This document shows positions 9,548 to 18,938 of a DNA stretch of 64,000 nucleotides, piece by piece (positions within the stretch are counted from its first letter, which is position 1; every line of letters begins with the position of its first letter). Below the pieces are notes generated by a model. It saw nothing but the letters and a program-made list of their open reading frames with translations, was not told the DNA's origin and did not search any database. The DNA comes from Anaerolineae bacterium (GTDB lineage: Bacteria > Chloroflexota > Anaerolineae > UBA1429), in contig OY776562.1 of NCBI GenBank assembly GCA_963675785.1, positions 2,126,893 to 2,190,892 on the forward strand, read 5' to 3'. Made by a program: the position numbers and the translations under genes.

Positions 9548-10693
9548 TTGCAAGAGATACCGACTGGCATATCTCAAAACATGGCAGGGCAGCCACATTC
9601 TACCGCCTTCACAGGGCATGAACAGAATCTGTCTCAGCAAGAAAGTATTGCTCTCCACCTCTTACAAAGCCTGCCACAGGGCGTCGCTGCTGTAAACCGC
9701 GAATCCGAGCTGCTGTGCATCAACAAGACGCTCCTAGATCTTGTTGGGTTGCACGACTTGGAAATATCTCTGCCCATCAAGATCAATTGTTATGACTTGC
9801 CCGAACCACTACGTATTTTGCTCAGCCCTTGTGCGCAGAACATTATCGGCCCTTACGAAATGAAAACCTCAGAACTAGAATGGCCAACTCCAGAACGTAT
9901 CCTGCGGGTCGAACCACTCGAAATGTACGCCGACTCGGTATGTGTCATGGTTCTTGTAACTGACGTAACACCGGAAAGAATCGCCGAAAGCGCCCGTGCA
10001 GAGTTCATGTCACAAATTGCCCACGAACTACGCACGCCGTTGCAGCACATCATGGGTTTTGCCGGTATTATGAATGATATAGAGGACTTGGAACCCGGCG
10101 ACTATCAGCACTTTTCGGCTCAGATCAACAGCGAAACCAAGATTATGGCGCGTCTGATTAGTGACCTCGCAGAACTTTCACTCATTACCGGCGGTCGCTT
10201 TATAATTGAACGTGAGCCAATTGACCTGGCGTCTCTGGTTCGGGAAATGACCTCTCGAACTCAACCGAGCGCGCGCGATCACGATCTTGAATTGGATTGT
10301 GTCGTTCCTCCAAGGGCTGTGCCCATTTATGGTGATGCGGTTCGCCTGAGCCAGGTGCTGGCGAACCTTTTGGAGAACGCGATCAAGTACGTGCCTGCTG
10401 GCGGGCAGGTTCATGTTACTCTTCAAATCATTGAAGGTCACGCCGTTGTATCAGTAGCAGATACGGGCAAAGGCATTCCCGCTGATGCAGTAGAGCACGT
10501 TTTCGATCAGTTCTTCCAAGTTCCCCAGTCCGGAGGAAATCGTTCTCATCGGGGAATGGGTCTTGGACTCTATATCAGCCGTGAGATCATCCATGCGCAC
10601 GACGGCCGCATTTGGGTAGAAAGCGAACAAGGCAAAGGAAGCACCTTTGCCTTTAGCCTGTCACTTATGCCAGAGAGTGAGGCAAAATCATGA
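9548..10693 (+). CDS. Cytoplasmic sensor histidine kinase (PAS-like N-terminal region, HisKA, HATPase_c)
   Basis: H-box EFMSQIAHELRTPLQHIMGF; ATPase N and G boxes (LENAIKY..., DTGKGIP..., GMGLGLYIS). No TM segment. TTG start with GGGGGG SD. Confidence 0.8.
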   Translation: MQEIPTGISQNMAGQPHSTAFTGHEQNLSQQESIALHLLQSLPQGVAAVNRESELLCINKTLLDLVGLHDLEISLPIKINCYDLPEPLRILLSPCAQNIIGPYEMKTSELEWPTPERILRVEPLEMYADSVCVMVLVTDVTPERIAESARAEFMSQIAHELRTPLQHIMGFAGIMNDIEDLEPGDYQHFSAQINSETKIMARLISDLAELSLITGGRFIIEREPIDLASLVREMTSRTQPSARDHDLELDCVVPPRAVPIYGDAVRLSQVLANLLENAIKYVPAGGQVHVTLQIIEGHAVVSVADTGKGIPADAVEHVFDQFFQVPQSGGNRSHRGMGLGLYISREIIHAHDGRIWVESEQGKGSTFAFSLSLMPESEAKS

Positions 10694-11832
10694 GCCATCG
10701 CGTCCTTATTATCGATGACGACCCAACGCTAGTCGAGATGTTGATCTTTGTACTCTCTCGAGGTGGTTATGAAACCAGGGCAGCTACCAATGGCGCCGAT
10801 GCCTTGGAAATCCTAAAATCGACACACATTGATGCGATTGTACTTGATGTGATGCTGCCCGATGTGGATGGATATCAAATCTGCCGCAACATCCGTGCCC
10901 TACCCGGCATTGCTGATATCCCCATTCTGATGCTCAGCGCACGCTCTCAGGTAGAATATCGCCTCACGGGTTTTGAAAGCGGCGCAGATGACTATGTGCC
11001 CAAACCAGCGGATCCCAAAGAAGTGCTGGCACGCATCCATGCACTCATTGCTCGAGCTGAACGAGCACAAGTCGCTCCGTCACCAGTGATTGGCTTGGTC
11101 GGCGTTAAGGGAGGCGTAGGCACCACCACCCTTTTGATCAACACGGCGCTTGCCCTGGTAGAGGATAAAAAGCGCGTGTGTTTGATGGAGTTGTCGGACC
11201 ACGGCTATGATGGGGCCTGGCGTCTTGGCATGGGCACTGGCCAACCGCTCATAGAGCTAAACATCCCTGCCAGTGGAAGAGTAACACCTGCTGCCATTCA
11301 GTCTTGCATCATCAAACACAACAGCGGCATTCATTATATGCCCTTGTGCACACAGCAACCAGACAAGCGCAGTTTTGCTGAAGGTGTTCTCACCAAAACC
11401 ATAGAGACGCTGCAAACATCCTATGACATCATCCTCTTGGATGTCCCGCCAAGTGCCCTGGCTTTATACCCAGAGTTGATTACGACCGTTGGTGCCTTTA
11501 TTCCCGTTGCCGAGAGAGATGACCTCTGCATTTGGCACTTGAGTGCCTTTGTCAGATGGCTGCAAGACCAACATGCGAACGTCCCAGGATCCGTCCTTGT
11601 GGATCGTACTATCGAACCTTCGCGCGACTCGGCTTCTTCAACCGCCAGCAAGATCGGTCTGGCCGTGTTGGCACTCATCCCGCCCATGCCGCTGGCCATG
11701 TTCCACGCAGACAACCTGCAAACGCCGCTATACATGAGCGACTCAACCAACCTGGCTTCAGAAGCCTATGCTGAATTCGCAACCCGATTGATTACAGATC
11801 CCATTGAAGGCCCTGCTGATATGCGTCCCTAA
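10690..11832 (+). CDS. Response-regulator receiver domain fused to a CpaE/MinD/ParA-like ATPase domain with a degenerate P-loop
   Basis: REC domain: DDDP...AIVLDVMLPDVDGYQ...MLSARS...KP. Then GLVGVKGGVGTTTLL, i.e. a deviant Walker A with GVGTTT instead of GVGK[TS]. ATGA 4-bp overlap with the upstream HK. Confidence 0.75.
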   Translation: MSHRVLIIDDDPTLVEMLIFVLSRGGYETRAATNGADALEILKSTHIDAIVLDVMLPDVDGYQICRNIRALPGIADIPILMLSARSQVEYRLTGFESGADDYVPKPADPKEVLARIHALIARAERAQVAPSPVIGLVGVKGGVGTTTLLINTALALVEDKKRVCLMELSDHGYDGAWRLGMGTGQPLIELNIPASGRVTPAAIQSCIIKHNSGIHYMPLCTQQPDKRSFAEGVLTKTIETLQTSYDIILLDVPPSALALYPELITTVGAFIPVAERDDLCIWHLSAFVRWLQDQHANVPGSVLVDRTIEPSRDSASSTASKIGLAVLALIPPMPLAMFHADNLQTPLYMSDSTNLASEAYAEFATRLITDPIEGPADMRP

Positions 11833-11844
11833 TGCAACATTGCA

Positions 11845-11883
11845 AGAGGCGCGGATCGAGTTTCGATCCGCGCCTCTTTGTTT
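11845..11883. terminator. Bidirectional Rho-independent terminator between the convergent RR-ATPase and malQ genes
   Basis: Perfect 15-bp stem AGAGGCGCGGATCGA/TCGATCCGCGCCTCT, 3-nt loop, then TTGTTT. Confidence 0.65.
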
Positions 11884-11904
11884 AGACATGCACCTAAAAG
11901 TGCA

Positions 11905-13455
11905 CTATTGCAGGGGTTCCTCATACTCGATTTCGGCAGAGTCGGTGCCTGTGAGGGTAACATCAGGCGGCACCCAGCGACCGGTAAACTCAGCCAGATC
12001 GCGAATAGCCCGTTGCAGGCCCTCATTAAGTTGCCCGGCCTCAAAACGCCAAGCCCAATTGCCCTCTGGTTCTCCCGGTTTGTTCAAACGAGCCTCGGCA
12101 CCCAGGCCAAACAGATCTTGCAACGGTGTGATAGCCATACTGGCAACTGACGTGTACACCAACCGCATCAGAGCCCACACCACACCATTGTTATCGCAGC
12201 CACCATAAACACGTACCTTGTGCTGGGTAGCAGCATCCAGCTCGGAAAACCATCCGCGGGTTGTATCATTATCATGGGTGGCGGTATAGGCCACACAGTT
12301 CACAGGGTGATTGTGCGGCAGATGCGGGTCGGCCGAATCACCGTAAAAACCAAACTGTAACACACGCATACCTGGCAAGCCCAAGCTATCGCGCAGATCA
12401 TGGACATCCTGAGAAATCAGGCCCAAATCCTCAGCGATGATGGGCAAATCACCAAGGTGTGCCTTTATCGCATCAAAGAGAGCCTTGCCCGGCCCTTTGA
12501 CCCAGCGGCCATTGAGCGCTGTCTTTTCAGCAGCAGGAACCTGCCAATAGCCAGAAAACCCTCGGAAATGATCTAGTCGAACCTTATCAACGCGACGTAG
12601 CGTCTGCTCCAGCCGCATCAACCACCAGTCATAGCTGCGTTCTGCCATACGGTCCCAACGATAAAGAGGATTGCCCCACAACTGGCCCGTTGCTGCAAAA
12701 CGATCGGGGGGCACACCAGCCACCACCGTGGGACGACCCGTCTCATCCAGATAAAAGAGGGATTGATTAGCCCAAACGTCCGAGCTCTCATGGCCCACAA
12801 AGATGGGAATGTCGCCTATGATGCTAATTCCCCGCTCAGTAGCATAGTCATGCAAGGCCGTCCACTGCCGGTCAAACAGAAATTGCAAAAAACACTCGTA
12901 ACCGATCTCATCAGCAAGTTTCTCACGCCAGTTCACCAAAGCAGCGGGATCATGTTGGGCCAGCTCAGTTGGCCACTCTGTCCAGTTTACCCACTGAAAA
13001 TACCGTTCCGCAGCCATAAATAGGCAATAATCATCCAGCCAGGCAACTTCTCGTCTGATAAAAGCCTGCAGAGCGCCCTGCAGTGGATGGGCGGAATCCT
13101 TTGAAAAGGCCTGCCAGGCCTGGCGAAATAGCGCCGTTTTGGCTGGAATGACTGCGCTGTAATCTACCTGGCCAGAAGAAAAGTGTGGATAGGCCTCAAG
13201 ATCGCCTTCCGTCAGCAAACCTTCTTCTAGCAAAAGCTGCGGGCTGATCAGGAGCCAGTTCCCAGCAAAAGCCGAAAAAGGTTGATAGGGAGAATTGCCA
13301 TAGCCAGTAGGGCCCAAAGGGAGTATTTGCCACAATGTTTGCCCGGCATCAACAAGCCAATCGACAAACTCGAAAGCCTGCTGGCCGAGATCGCCAATAC
13401 CGAATGGACCGGGCAAACTGGTAGGGTGTAAGAGTATGCCGCACTGCCGATTCAT
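11905..13455 (-). CDS. malQ: 4-alpha-glucanotransferase (amylomaltase, GH77)
   Basis: MNRQCGILLHPTSLPGPFGIGDLG...GYGNSPYQPFSAFAGN is the MalQ N-terminal signature. Start set at the internal Met (ORF-track start is 13497). Confidence 0.85.
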   Translation of the reverse strand: MNRQCGILLHPTSLPGPFGIGDLGQQAFEFVDWLVDAGQTLWQILPLGPTGYGNSPYQPFSAFAGNWLLISPQLLLEEGLLTEGDLEAYPHFSSGQVDYSAVIPAKTALFRQAWQAFSKDSAHPLQGALQAFIRREVAWLDDYCLFMAAERYFQWVNWTEWPTELAQHDPAALVNWREKLADEIGYECFLQFLFDRQWTALHDYATERGISIIGDIPIFVGHESSDVWANQSLFYLDETGRPTVVAGVPPDRFAATGQLWGNPLYRWDRMAERSYDWWLMRLEQTLRRVDKVRLDHFRGFSGYWQVPAAEKTALNGRWVKGPGKALFDAIKAHLGDLPIIAEDLGLISQDVHDLRDSLGLPGMRVLQFGFYGDSADPHLPHNHPVNCVAYTATHDNDTTRGWFSELDAATQHKVRVYGGCDNNGVVWALMRLVYTSVASMAITPLQDLFGLGAEARLNKPGEPEGNWAWRFEAGQLNEGLQRAIRDLAEFTGRWVPPDVTLTGTDSAEIEYEEPLQ

Positions 13456-13515
13456 AAAACCCTCCCGAGTAAAACTGTTTGACAGAGCATTGCCCAAAGC
13501 CTAGAATCACTTTTC

Positions 13516-14442
13516 ATGACTAATTGGCCGAATTTCGTGACAATTGACTCACATCGTCCCTCTGACGCTAGCCGCAAGCTATACCACGCAGCCAGCGCTA
13601 TTGCCATTGGCGGAAACCTCGTGCTCATCGGCATCAAAGCGGTTGCAGCCGTCATAAGTTCCAGTAGCGCCATCTATGCCGATGCCGCAAATTCAGCCTC
13701 TGATGTAGTATACAGCCTTTTCATGGCGCTGGGGTTGACACTTTCACTGCGTCCGCCCGATTCGGGCCATCCGCACGGACACCAACGCGCTGAATCTCTG
13801 GTAGGCGTGGTCATCGCCATGGCCATGGGCATTGCCGGTTATGCAGCAGCACATGAAGGCATCGCGGCCTTTAGTTCGCCCGTCCCAACGATGAGCGTCT
13901 GGGCTATTGTCGTGCTCCTCGCCACAGCAGTCATCAAAACGGCTATGTACATTGGCTCTCGTCGACTCGCCCGAGAGGCACACAGCAGCACGCTGCACGC
14001 TGCCGCCGTTGATAACCTCTCAGATATTATCACCTCATCAGCAGCTCTGGCAGGATATCTGGCCAGTCAGTACATTTGGCCACAGCTTGACGGCATTGCG
14101 GCTCTTGCTGTTTCAGCCTGGATATTCAAGAACGCTATCCAGATTGCCATAGAGAATCTTGGCCATCTGGTCGGTTCAGGTGTTTCGGAAGAAACCCTCG
14201 AATCCATGGCTGAAATCGTCTTGCAGATTCCCGGCGTAGTAGCAGTCGAGCGATTGGTCGCTGAACATGCCGGACCGCGCGTCATCCTCGATGTACACAT
14301 TCTGGCGGCTGGCGACATGCCTTTAAGGGAAGTTCATGCTCTCAGCCACCGCGTGCGAAAAGCCCTTGAGCAATGTGAGATTGTGGAACATGCCTGGGTT
14401 CACGTAGAACCCACTGACATGCCCCTGGATGCCTCATACTAG
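13516..14442 (+). CDS. Cation diffusion facilitator (CDF) family metal efflux transporter
   Basis: Six TM helices with the GHPHGHQRAESL motif plus a C-terminal cytoplasmic domain. Confidence 0.8.
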   Translation: MTNWPNFVTIDSHRPSDASRKLYHAASAIAIGGNLVLIGIKAVAAVISSSSAIYADAANSASDVVYSLFMALGLTLSLRPPDSGHPHGHQRAESLVGVVIAMAMGIAGYAAAHEGIAAFSSPVPTMSVWAIVVLLATAVIKTAMYIGSRRLAREAHSSTLHAAAVDNLSDIITSSAALAGYLASQYIWPQLDGIAALAVSAWIFKNAIQIAIENLGHLVGSGVSEETLESMAEIVLQIPGVVAVERLVAEHAGPRVILDVHILAAGDMPLREVHALSHRVRKALEQCEIVEHAWVHVEPTDMPLDASY

Positions 14443-15069
14443 TAGCTCTTTGACCTTTTCTGCCAAAGCCTTGCCCAGTGCCGCATGCCCTTCAGCCTCA
14501 AAGTGAATGCCATCCTTTTCGCTGCTGATCAACACAGAGCCGGCGTCGAAATAGGCGCAGCCCTGCTCTCTGGCCACACGATGGTACTCGGCCGCAAATC
14601 GCGCCGATTTTTCACCTGCCCCGGCAAACATATCGCTATAGCTCGTCAGACGGACCGTGGGTGGTGGGGCTACTAGCAAAACCATTGGGTCGCCGTCATT
14701 ACGACCGGTACCACTGCGCATAGTCATCCTGGCTAAAATGCCTGCTCCAGCGGCGATATCCGTGGGCGGAGCGCTAAAGCGCTGTTTAAGATCATTGGTG
14801 CCCAACATAATGATGACCAGATCCAGTGGTTTTTGCGACTCTAGACAGGGCTCCAAGTAGGTTTTGCCGTTCTTTAGGCATCCGATGGGATCATCCCATA
14901 CCGTCGTGCGACCGTTGAGTCCCTCTTCGATGACACGATAGTTACTACCCAATTCAGCCTGCAGCACACCTGTCCAGCGTACATCATCGGCATAACGCCC
15001 CTGCGTCGAAGGGTTATACCCCCAAGTATTGGAATCGCCATAACATAGAATGCGATAAACCACGCTCAA
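14434..15069 (-). CDS. SGNH/GDSL-family hydrolase (arylesterase/lipase-like)
   Basis: Block I ILCYGDSNTWG, block III LGTNDLK, C-terminal DGIHF. TTG start. Confidence 0.75.
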   Translation of the reverse strand: MSVVYRILCYGDSNTWGYNPSTQGRYADDVRWTGVLQAELGSNYRVIEEGLNGRTTVWDDPIGCLKNGKTYLEPCLESQKPLDLVIIMLGTNDLKQRFSAPPTDIAAGAGILARMTMRSGTGRNDGDPMVLLVAPPPTVRLTSYSDMFAGAGEKSARFAAEYHRVAREQGCAYFDAGSVLISSEKDGIHFEAEGHAALGKALAEKVKELLV

Positions 15070-15336
15070 CCTCCCAAAACATGCTGACTAGAACTTTTGA
15101 CGCGCCTAGCCTAGCACGCTGGAGGCAGATGGTCAACGATTGCAAGGCACAAAAAGGGGTGAGAGATTTACTCTCTCTCACCTGAGAAAGCGTTCTATCA
15201 TGCTGCCAAAGCTCCATGGGATTCGTTCATGGTCTGTTCAATTTCCTTGCAGGTCCTATGTAAACTCCTTGATGTATTCACTGACCATTACACCACCAGA
15301 ATACTGTACCCCCCTTAGCTATATCAATGGTGTATA

Positions 15337-15372
15337 ATAAAAAAAGAGCCATCTGCTTAACAGATGGCTCTT
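15337..15372 (-). terminator. Rho-independent terminator downstream of tRNA-Pro
   Basis: Stem AGAGCCATCTG/CAGATGGCTCT with a 5-nt loop, followed on the minus strand by a run of T. Confidence 0.55.
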
Positions 15373-15374
15373 TG

Positions 15375-15448
15375 TCGGGGCGAGACGATTCGAACGTCCG
15401 ACCACTTCAACCCCATTGAAGTGCGCTACCTGACTGCGCTACGCCCCG
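15375..15448 (-). tRNA. tRNA-Pro (anticodon GGG)
   Basis: Hand-folded cloverleaf: acceptor CGGGGCG/CGCCCCG, D-arm GCGC, anticodon stem CTTCA/TGAAG with loop ATGGGGT (G37 as expected for m1G37 in tRNA-Pro), T-loop TTCGAAT. CCA not encoded. Confidence 0.85.
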
Positions 15449-15460
15449 GACACGAGTGAG

Positions 15461-15489
15461 AGTATAGCACCAACATGATGAACAGGCAA
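15461..15489 (-). promoter_or_regulatory. Promoter TTGCCT-N17-TATACT for tRNA-Pro
   Basis: The -10 box lies about 12 nt upstream of the tRNA 5' end on the minus strand. Confidence 0.4.
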
Positions 15490-15571
15490 ATGAAAACCGC
15501 TCGGTAACTTGCTTTTCATGAGCAATTTACAATGTTATAATGCCGACACTGGATGCAAGCAGGCAGGCACA

Positions 15572-16870
15572 ATGGACAAAAGCAACATGGCGCAGCAGAA
15601 ATCATCAACATGGCTTGAGAGAGTCGTGTCTCGTTGCGTCGCCTCCTTGGGCAGCTTGCGCGCCACTGAGCATTTTCCCATTGCAACCAGGCGCGGACTT
15701 GTTTTAGGTGCGCTAAGCCTTGGCCTAACCGGCCTGATCTTGGGTATCCTCCTAGGAAGTGCCAATCGAGGTCTTGTGGGAGCATTTGTCGGTGCCGTCA
15801 GTGCAGCAGCATTGGGCATTCTTGGCGGAGCGCTTATCGGGGGCATTCTGGGACGAACCCTGTTCCCCACAGAAGATGATGTGGATGTCTCTATCGAATT
15901 TGAACGCCCCGAACGCCTTTATGCAGCTGGCGATCTCATACGCGGCTACATTGCCGTCAAAGGCAGCAAAAAAATAAGACTGTTGGGCGGGACTACTTGC
16001 CTCTGGGGACGACGTTTTTACACTTATGACACCCTGGTTGACGAAGAAAGTGCTGCACGCGACATGGTGCAGGAACCCTACGAGCTTCACCTGGAACACA
16101 CCCGCTCTATCCCCGAAAGAAAACTCGGACGTAACGTGCTGCTTCGCTATCCCTTTGAGTTTCGTATCCCCCAGGATGCTGCACCCAGCCAGCACGGCCA
16201 GATCGTCTCCATCCGCTGGCAGGTACTGGCCGAAATTGAACTACCCTATCTATCGTCGCTTATTGCACGTAGTGAAGTGTTTATCAGTGCTCCCCCACCC
16301 GCCGTACCGGATGTGGTCAGCCAGTATCGATCGCTAACCTCCGCCGAACCCTGCCAACTACTGCTCTCTATGCCTAGGGTAGAATTCTGGCCGGGCGAGA
16401 CGATAGACGCGAATATAAGGCTAGCATCCAGACGCTCTTTTGCGGCCACCAGCATTCGCGCAGTGCTATACAGAGTCGAGCACATTGCTCAGGGTGACCC
16501 CCATGTGATCTATGTCTCAGAATGGGATCTCGCCAGCGGCCGCTTTGAAGGGCAACGCTGGCCTGCACAAGAAGGCACAACCTATATCTGGCTGGAGGAT
16601 GAGTTCGTCCTCGGTGAAGAACTGGCCATCGACGACCAAGAAATGCTCATCTATGCTTTTTCCTTGCATATACCCGAACGATTCTGCCCCACAGTCCGCG
16701 GCGTGCCCTCTGTTACGTGGAAACTGGGCGTCATTGTCGAACAACCCTCAGGAGAGGCAAACGTACGCGTCTTTCACGAAGTAATCGTCTCAACCTGGCT
16801 TGATAGCCTCATCAAGCCCGAAAAACCTGCTTCTCAGCCCCAAATTACCCTCCGCAGGGTATCTCGATAG
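15572..16870 (+). CDS. Hypothetical membrane-anchored protein (N-terminal glycine-zipper TM helices plus a large cytoplasmic beta-rich domain)
   Basis: LGILLGSANRGLVGAFVGAVSAAALGILGGALIGGILG TM region. The remainder has no motif I can name. Start uncertain (TTG at 15509 or ATG at 15572). Confidence 0.45.
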   Translation: MDKSNMAQQKSSTWLERVVSRCVASLGSLRATEHFPIATRRGLVLGALSLGLTGLILGILLGSANRGLVGAFVGAVSAAALGILGGALIGGILGRTLFPTEDDVDVSIEFERPERLYAAGDLIRGYIAVKGSKKIRLLGGTTCLWGRRFYTYDTLVDEESAARDMVQEPYELHLEHTRSIPERKLGRNVLLRYPFEFRIPQDAAPSQHGQIVSIRWQVLAEIELPYLSSLIARSEVFISAPPPAVPDVVSQYRSLTSAEPCQLLLSMPRVEFWPGETIDANIRLASRRSFAATSIRAVLYRVEHIAQGDPHVIYVSEWDLASGRFEGQRWPAQEGTTYIWLEDEFVLGEELAIDDQEMLIYAFSLHIPERFCPTVRGVPSVTWKLGVIVEQPSGEANVRVFHEVIVSTWLDSLIKPEKPASQPQITLRRVSR

Positions 16871-16876
16871 CCTTGC

Positions 16877-16905
16877 TTGACGCTCTCTCCGTTCAGCGTT
16901 ACAAT
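16877..16905 (+). promoter_or_regulatory. Promoter TTGACG-N17-TACAAT upstream of ffh
   Basis: Near-consensus, 38 nt upstream of the ffh ATG. SD AGGA 7 nt before the ATG at 16944. Confidence 0.45.
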
Positions 16906-16943
16906 ATCCTGCATTTTGCAGTTATGGCTGACAGGATAGGTTG

Positions 16944-18266
16944 ATGTTCGAAGCACTCTCCGAACGACTTGAAAAAACCTTTCGCGATCTCTCTGGTAAG
17001 GGGCGTCTCTCTGAAGAAGATGTCTCGCGGGGACTTCGCGAAGTTCGTATGGCTCTGCTTGAAGCAGACGTCAACTATAAGGTTGTCCGAGAATTCATTA
17101 ACAAGGTGCAGGAACGCGCCATAGGCGAAGAAGTCTCGCGAGCTCTCTCGCCAGCCCAGATGGTCATCAAGATCGTCAACGAAGAGCTTGTCAGCCTGCT
17201 CGGCAGCCCCGAGAAACTCGATCTGAGTGGACCACATCCAACGGTATTGATGCTGGTGGGCCTTCAAGGTTGTGGCAAAACAACGATGGCGGCTAAGCTT
17301 GCCGTCTTTTTGCGCAAGCAAGGGCATAATCCTCTCCTCGTTGCCGCCGACACCTACCGCCCGGCAGCCATCACTCAGTTGGAAACACTTGGTCATCAGA
17401 TCAACACGCCGGTTTATGCCGAAGGCACCAACGTCTCACCCGTAACCATCTGCCAAAACGGCGTCAAAGAAGGGCGTCGGAACGCACATAGTATCGTCAT
17501 ACTGGATACTGCAGGTCGGCTACAGATTGACGAGCAAATGATGGGTGAACTGGTGCAGATCCGCGATGCGGTCAAGCCGCAAGAGATTTTGCTCATTGTC
17601 GATGCCATGACCGGCCAGGAAGCTGTGTCTGTAGCTGACGAGTTTAACAAAAAGGTGCCTCTTAGTGGCCTGATACTCACCAAAGTGGACGGAGACGCCC
17701 GCGGTGGTGCAGCACTTTCCGTTCGTTCAGTTACTGGCGTGCCTATCAAGTTCATGGGTGTGGGTGAAAAGACCTCGGACCTGGAAGAGTTCTATCCGCA
17801 ACGATTAGCGTCCCGCATTCTGGGCATGGGTGATATGCTCACCCTCATCGAGCGTGCTGAATCAGCCTTTACGGAAGACCAGGCCCGCAAGATGGAAGAA
17901 AAGCTGCGTTCAGCTTCTTTCACCTTTGAGGACTATTTAGAGCAGATAAAAGCCCTGAAGAACATGGGGCCGATGAGTGAGATTTTGGCCATGATCCCCG
18001 GTATGCAGGGCGCAGTCAAAGGGTTACCCAATAACTTTGCCGAAGATTCCATGAAAGCCACCGAAGCCATGATCAGCTCGATGACGCGTGAAGAACGCCA
18101 TAACCCAAAGATCATCAATGCCAGCCGCAAGCGGCGTATTGCTCAGGGAAGTGGCAAATCTGTTCAGGAAGTGAACCAGCTCTTGCGTCAGTTCGCGCAG
18201 ACGCAAAAGATGATGAAGCAAATGCGGCGGGGCAAAGGCCGAGGACTTGCTTCACTCCTCGGTTAG
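16944..18266 (+). CDS. ffh: Signal recognition particle protein Ffh
   Basis: N domain, G domain (GLQGCGKTT, DTAGR, TKVDGD) and Met-rich M domain. Confidence 0.9.
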   Translation: MFEALSERLEKTFRDLSGKGRLSEEDVSRGLREVRMALLEADVNYKVVREFINKVQERAIGEEVSRALSPAQMVIKIVNEELVSLLGSPEKLDLSGPHPTVLMLVGLQGCGKTTMAAKLAVFLRKQGHNPLLVAADTYRPAAITQLETLGHQINTPVYAEGTNVSPVTICQNGVKEGRRNAHSIVILDTAGRLQIDEQMMGELVQIRDAVKPQEILLIVDAMTGQEAVSVADEFNKKVPLSGLILTKVDGDARGGAALSVRSVTGVPIKFMGVGEKTSDLEEFYPQRLASRILGMGDMLTLIERAESAFTEDQARKMEEKLRSASFTFEDYLEQIKALKNMGPMSEILAMIPGMQGAVKGLPNNFAEDSMKATEAMISSMTREERHNPKIINASRKRRIAQGSGKSVQEVNQLLRQFAQTQKMMKQMRRGKGRGLASLLG

Positions 18267-18292
18267 ACAAAATTATAGAACATGCGTATAAT
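18263..18292 (+). promoter_or_regulatory. Candidate promoter TTAGAC-N18-TATAAT (with TGn) before rpsP
   Basis: Sequence match only. It overlaps the ffh stop codon. Confidence 0.3.
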
Positions 18293-18336
18293 CACTTTGT
18301 GTGAAAGAACAAACGAGAGAGGGTTGAACACACACT

Positions 18337-18621
18337 ATGGTAAGAATTAGACTCCGTCGTGTCGGTGCCAAGAAACAGCCTAGTTATCGAATCGTCGTTA
18401 GTGACCAGCGCTCACCGCGTGATGGCCGCTTTATCGAGCAGATCGGGCATTTCAATCCCCGCACTGATCCCGAGACGGTTGTGGTAGATGAAGAGCGAGC
18501 ACGTTTTTGGCTGCAGCGCGGTGCACAGCCCAGTGAGCCGGTTAATCGAATCTTTAACCGCATGGGAATCTCCGCCAAGCCAGTCGAAGCTCAAGAATCC
18601 ACCGAAATCGAAGCTGCGTAA
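18337..18621 (+). CDS. rpsP: 30S ribosomal protein S16
   Basis: [21 protein letters not shown]...[10 protein letters not shown] is the canonical bS16. Confidence 0.9.
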   Translation: MVRIRLRRVGAKKQPSYRIVVSDQRSPRDGRFIEQIGHFNPRTDPETVVVDEERARFWLQRGAQPSEPVNRIFNRMGISAKPVEAQESTEIEAA

Positions 18622-18635
18622 GAAAAGAGCTATTC

Positions 18636-18860
18636 ATGAAGGATCTGGTCCTGTATATCGCGAAATCGATCGTCAATAACCCGGATGACGTCCGCATTCA
18701 GCAGATTCGCGGACGCAATGCAACAATTCTAAAGTTGCGTGTACATCCTGACGACAAGGGCTGGGTCATCGGAAGGCATGGTCGCGTCGCTAATGCAATA
18801 CGCTCGCTTTTGCGAGTTTGTAATGATGGCGATCGGCGCGTCATTCTCGAGATAGAGTAG
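18636..18860 (+). CDS. KH-domain RNA-binding protein (YlqC family)
   Basis: ...VIGRHGRVANAIRSLL GxxG KH motif. Conserved position between rpsP and rimM. Confidence 0.8.
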   Translation: MKDLVLYIAKSIVNNPDDVRIQQIRGRNATILKLRVHPDDKGWVIGRHGRVANAIRSLLRVCNDGDRRVILEIE

Positions 18861-18938
18861 CAACCTGCTTATCAGAATTAAGAGGCGACGTCCCGGTTGG
18901 GTCGTCGCCTTGTCTTGTATACAAGGGGAACAGCACCT

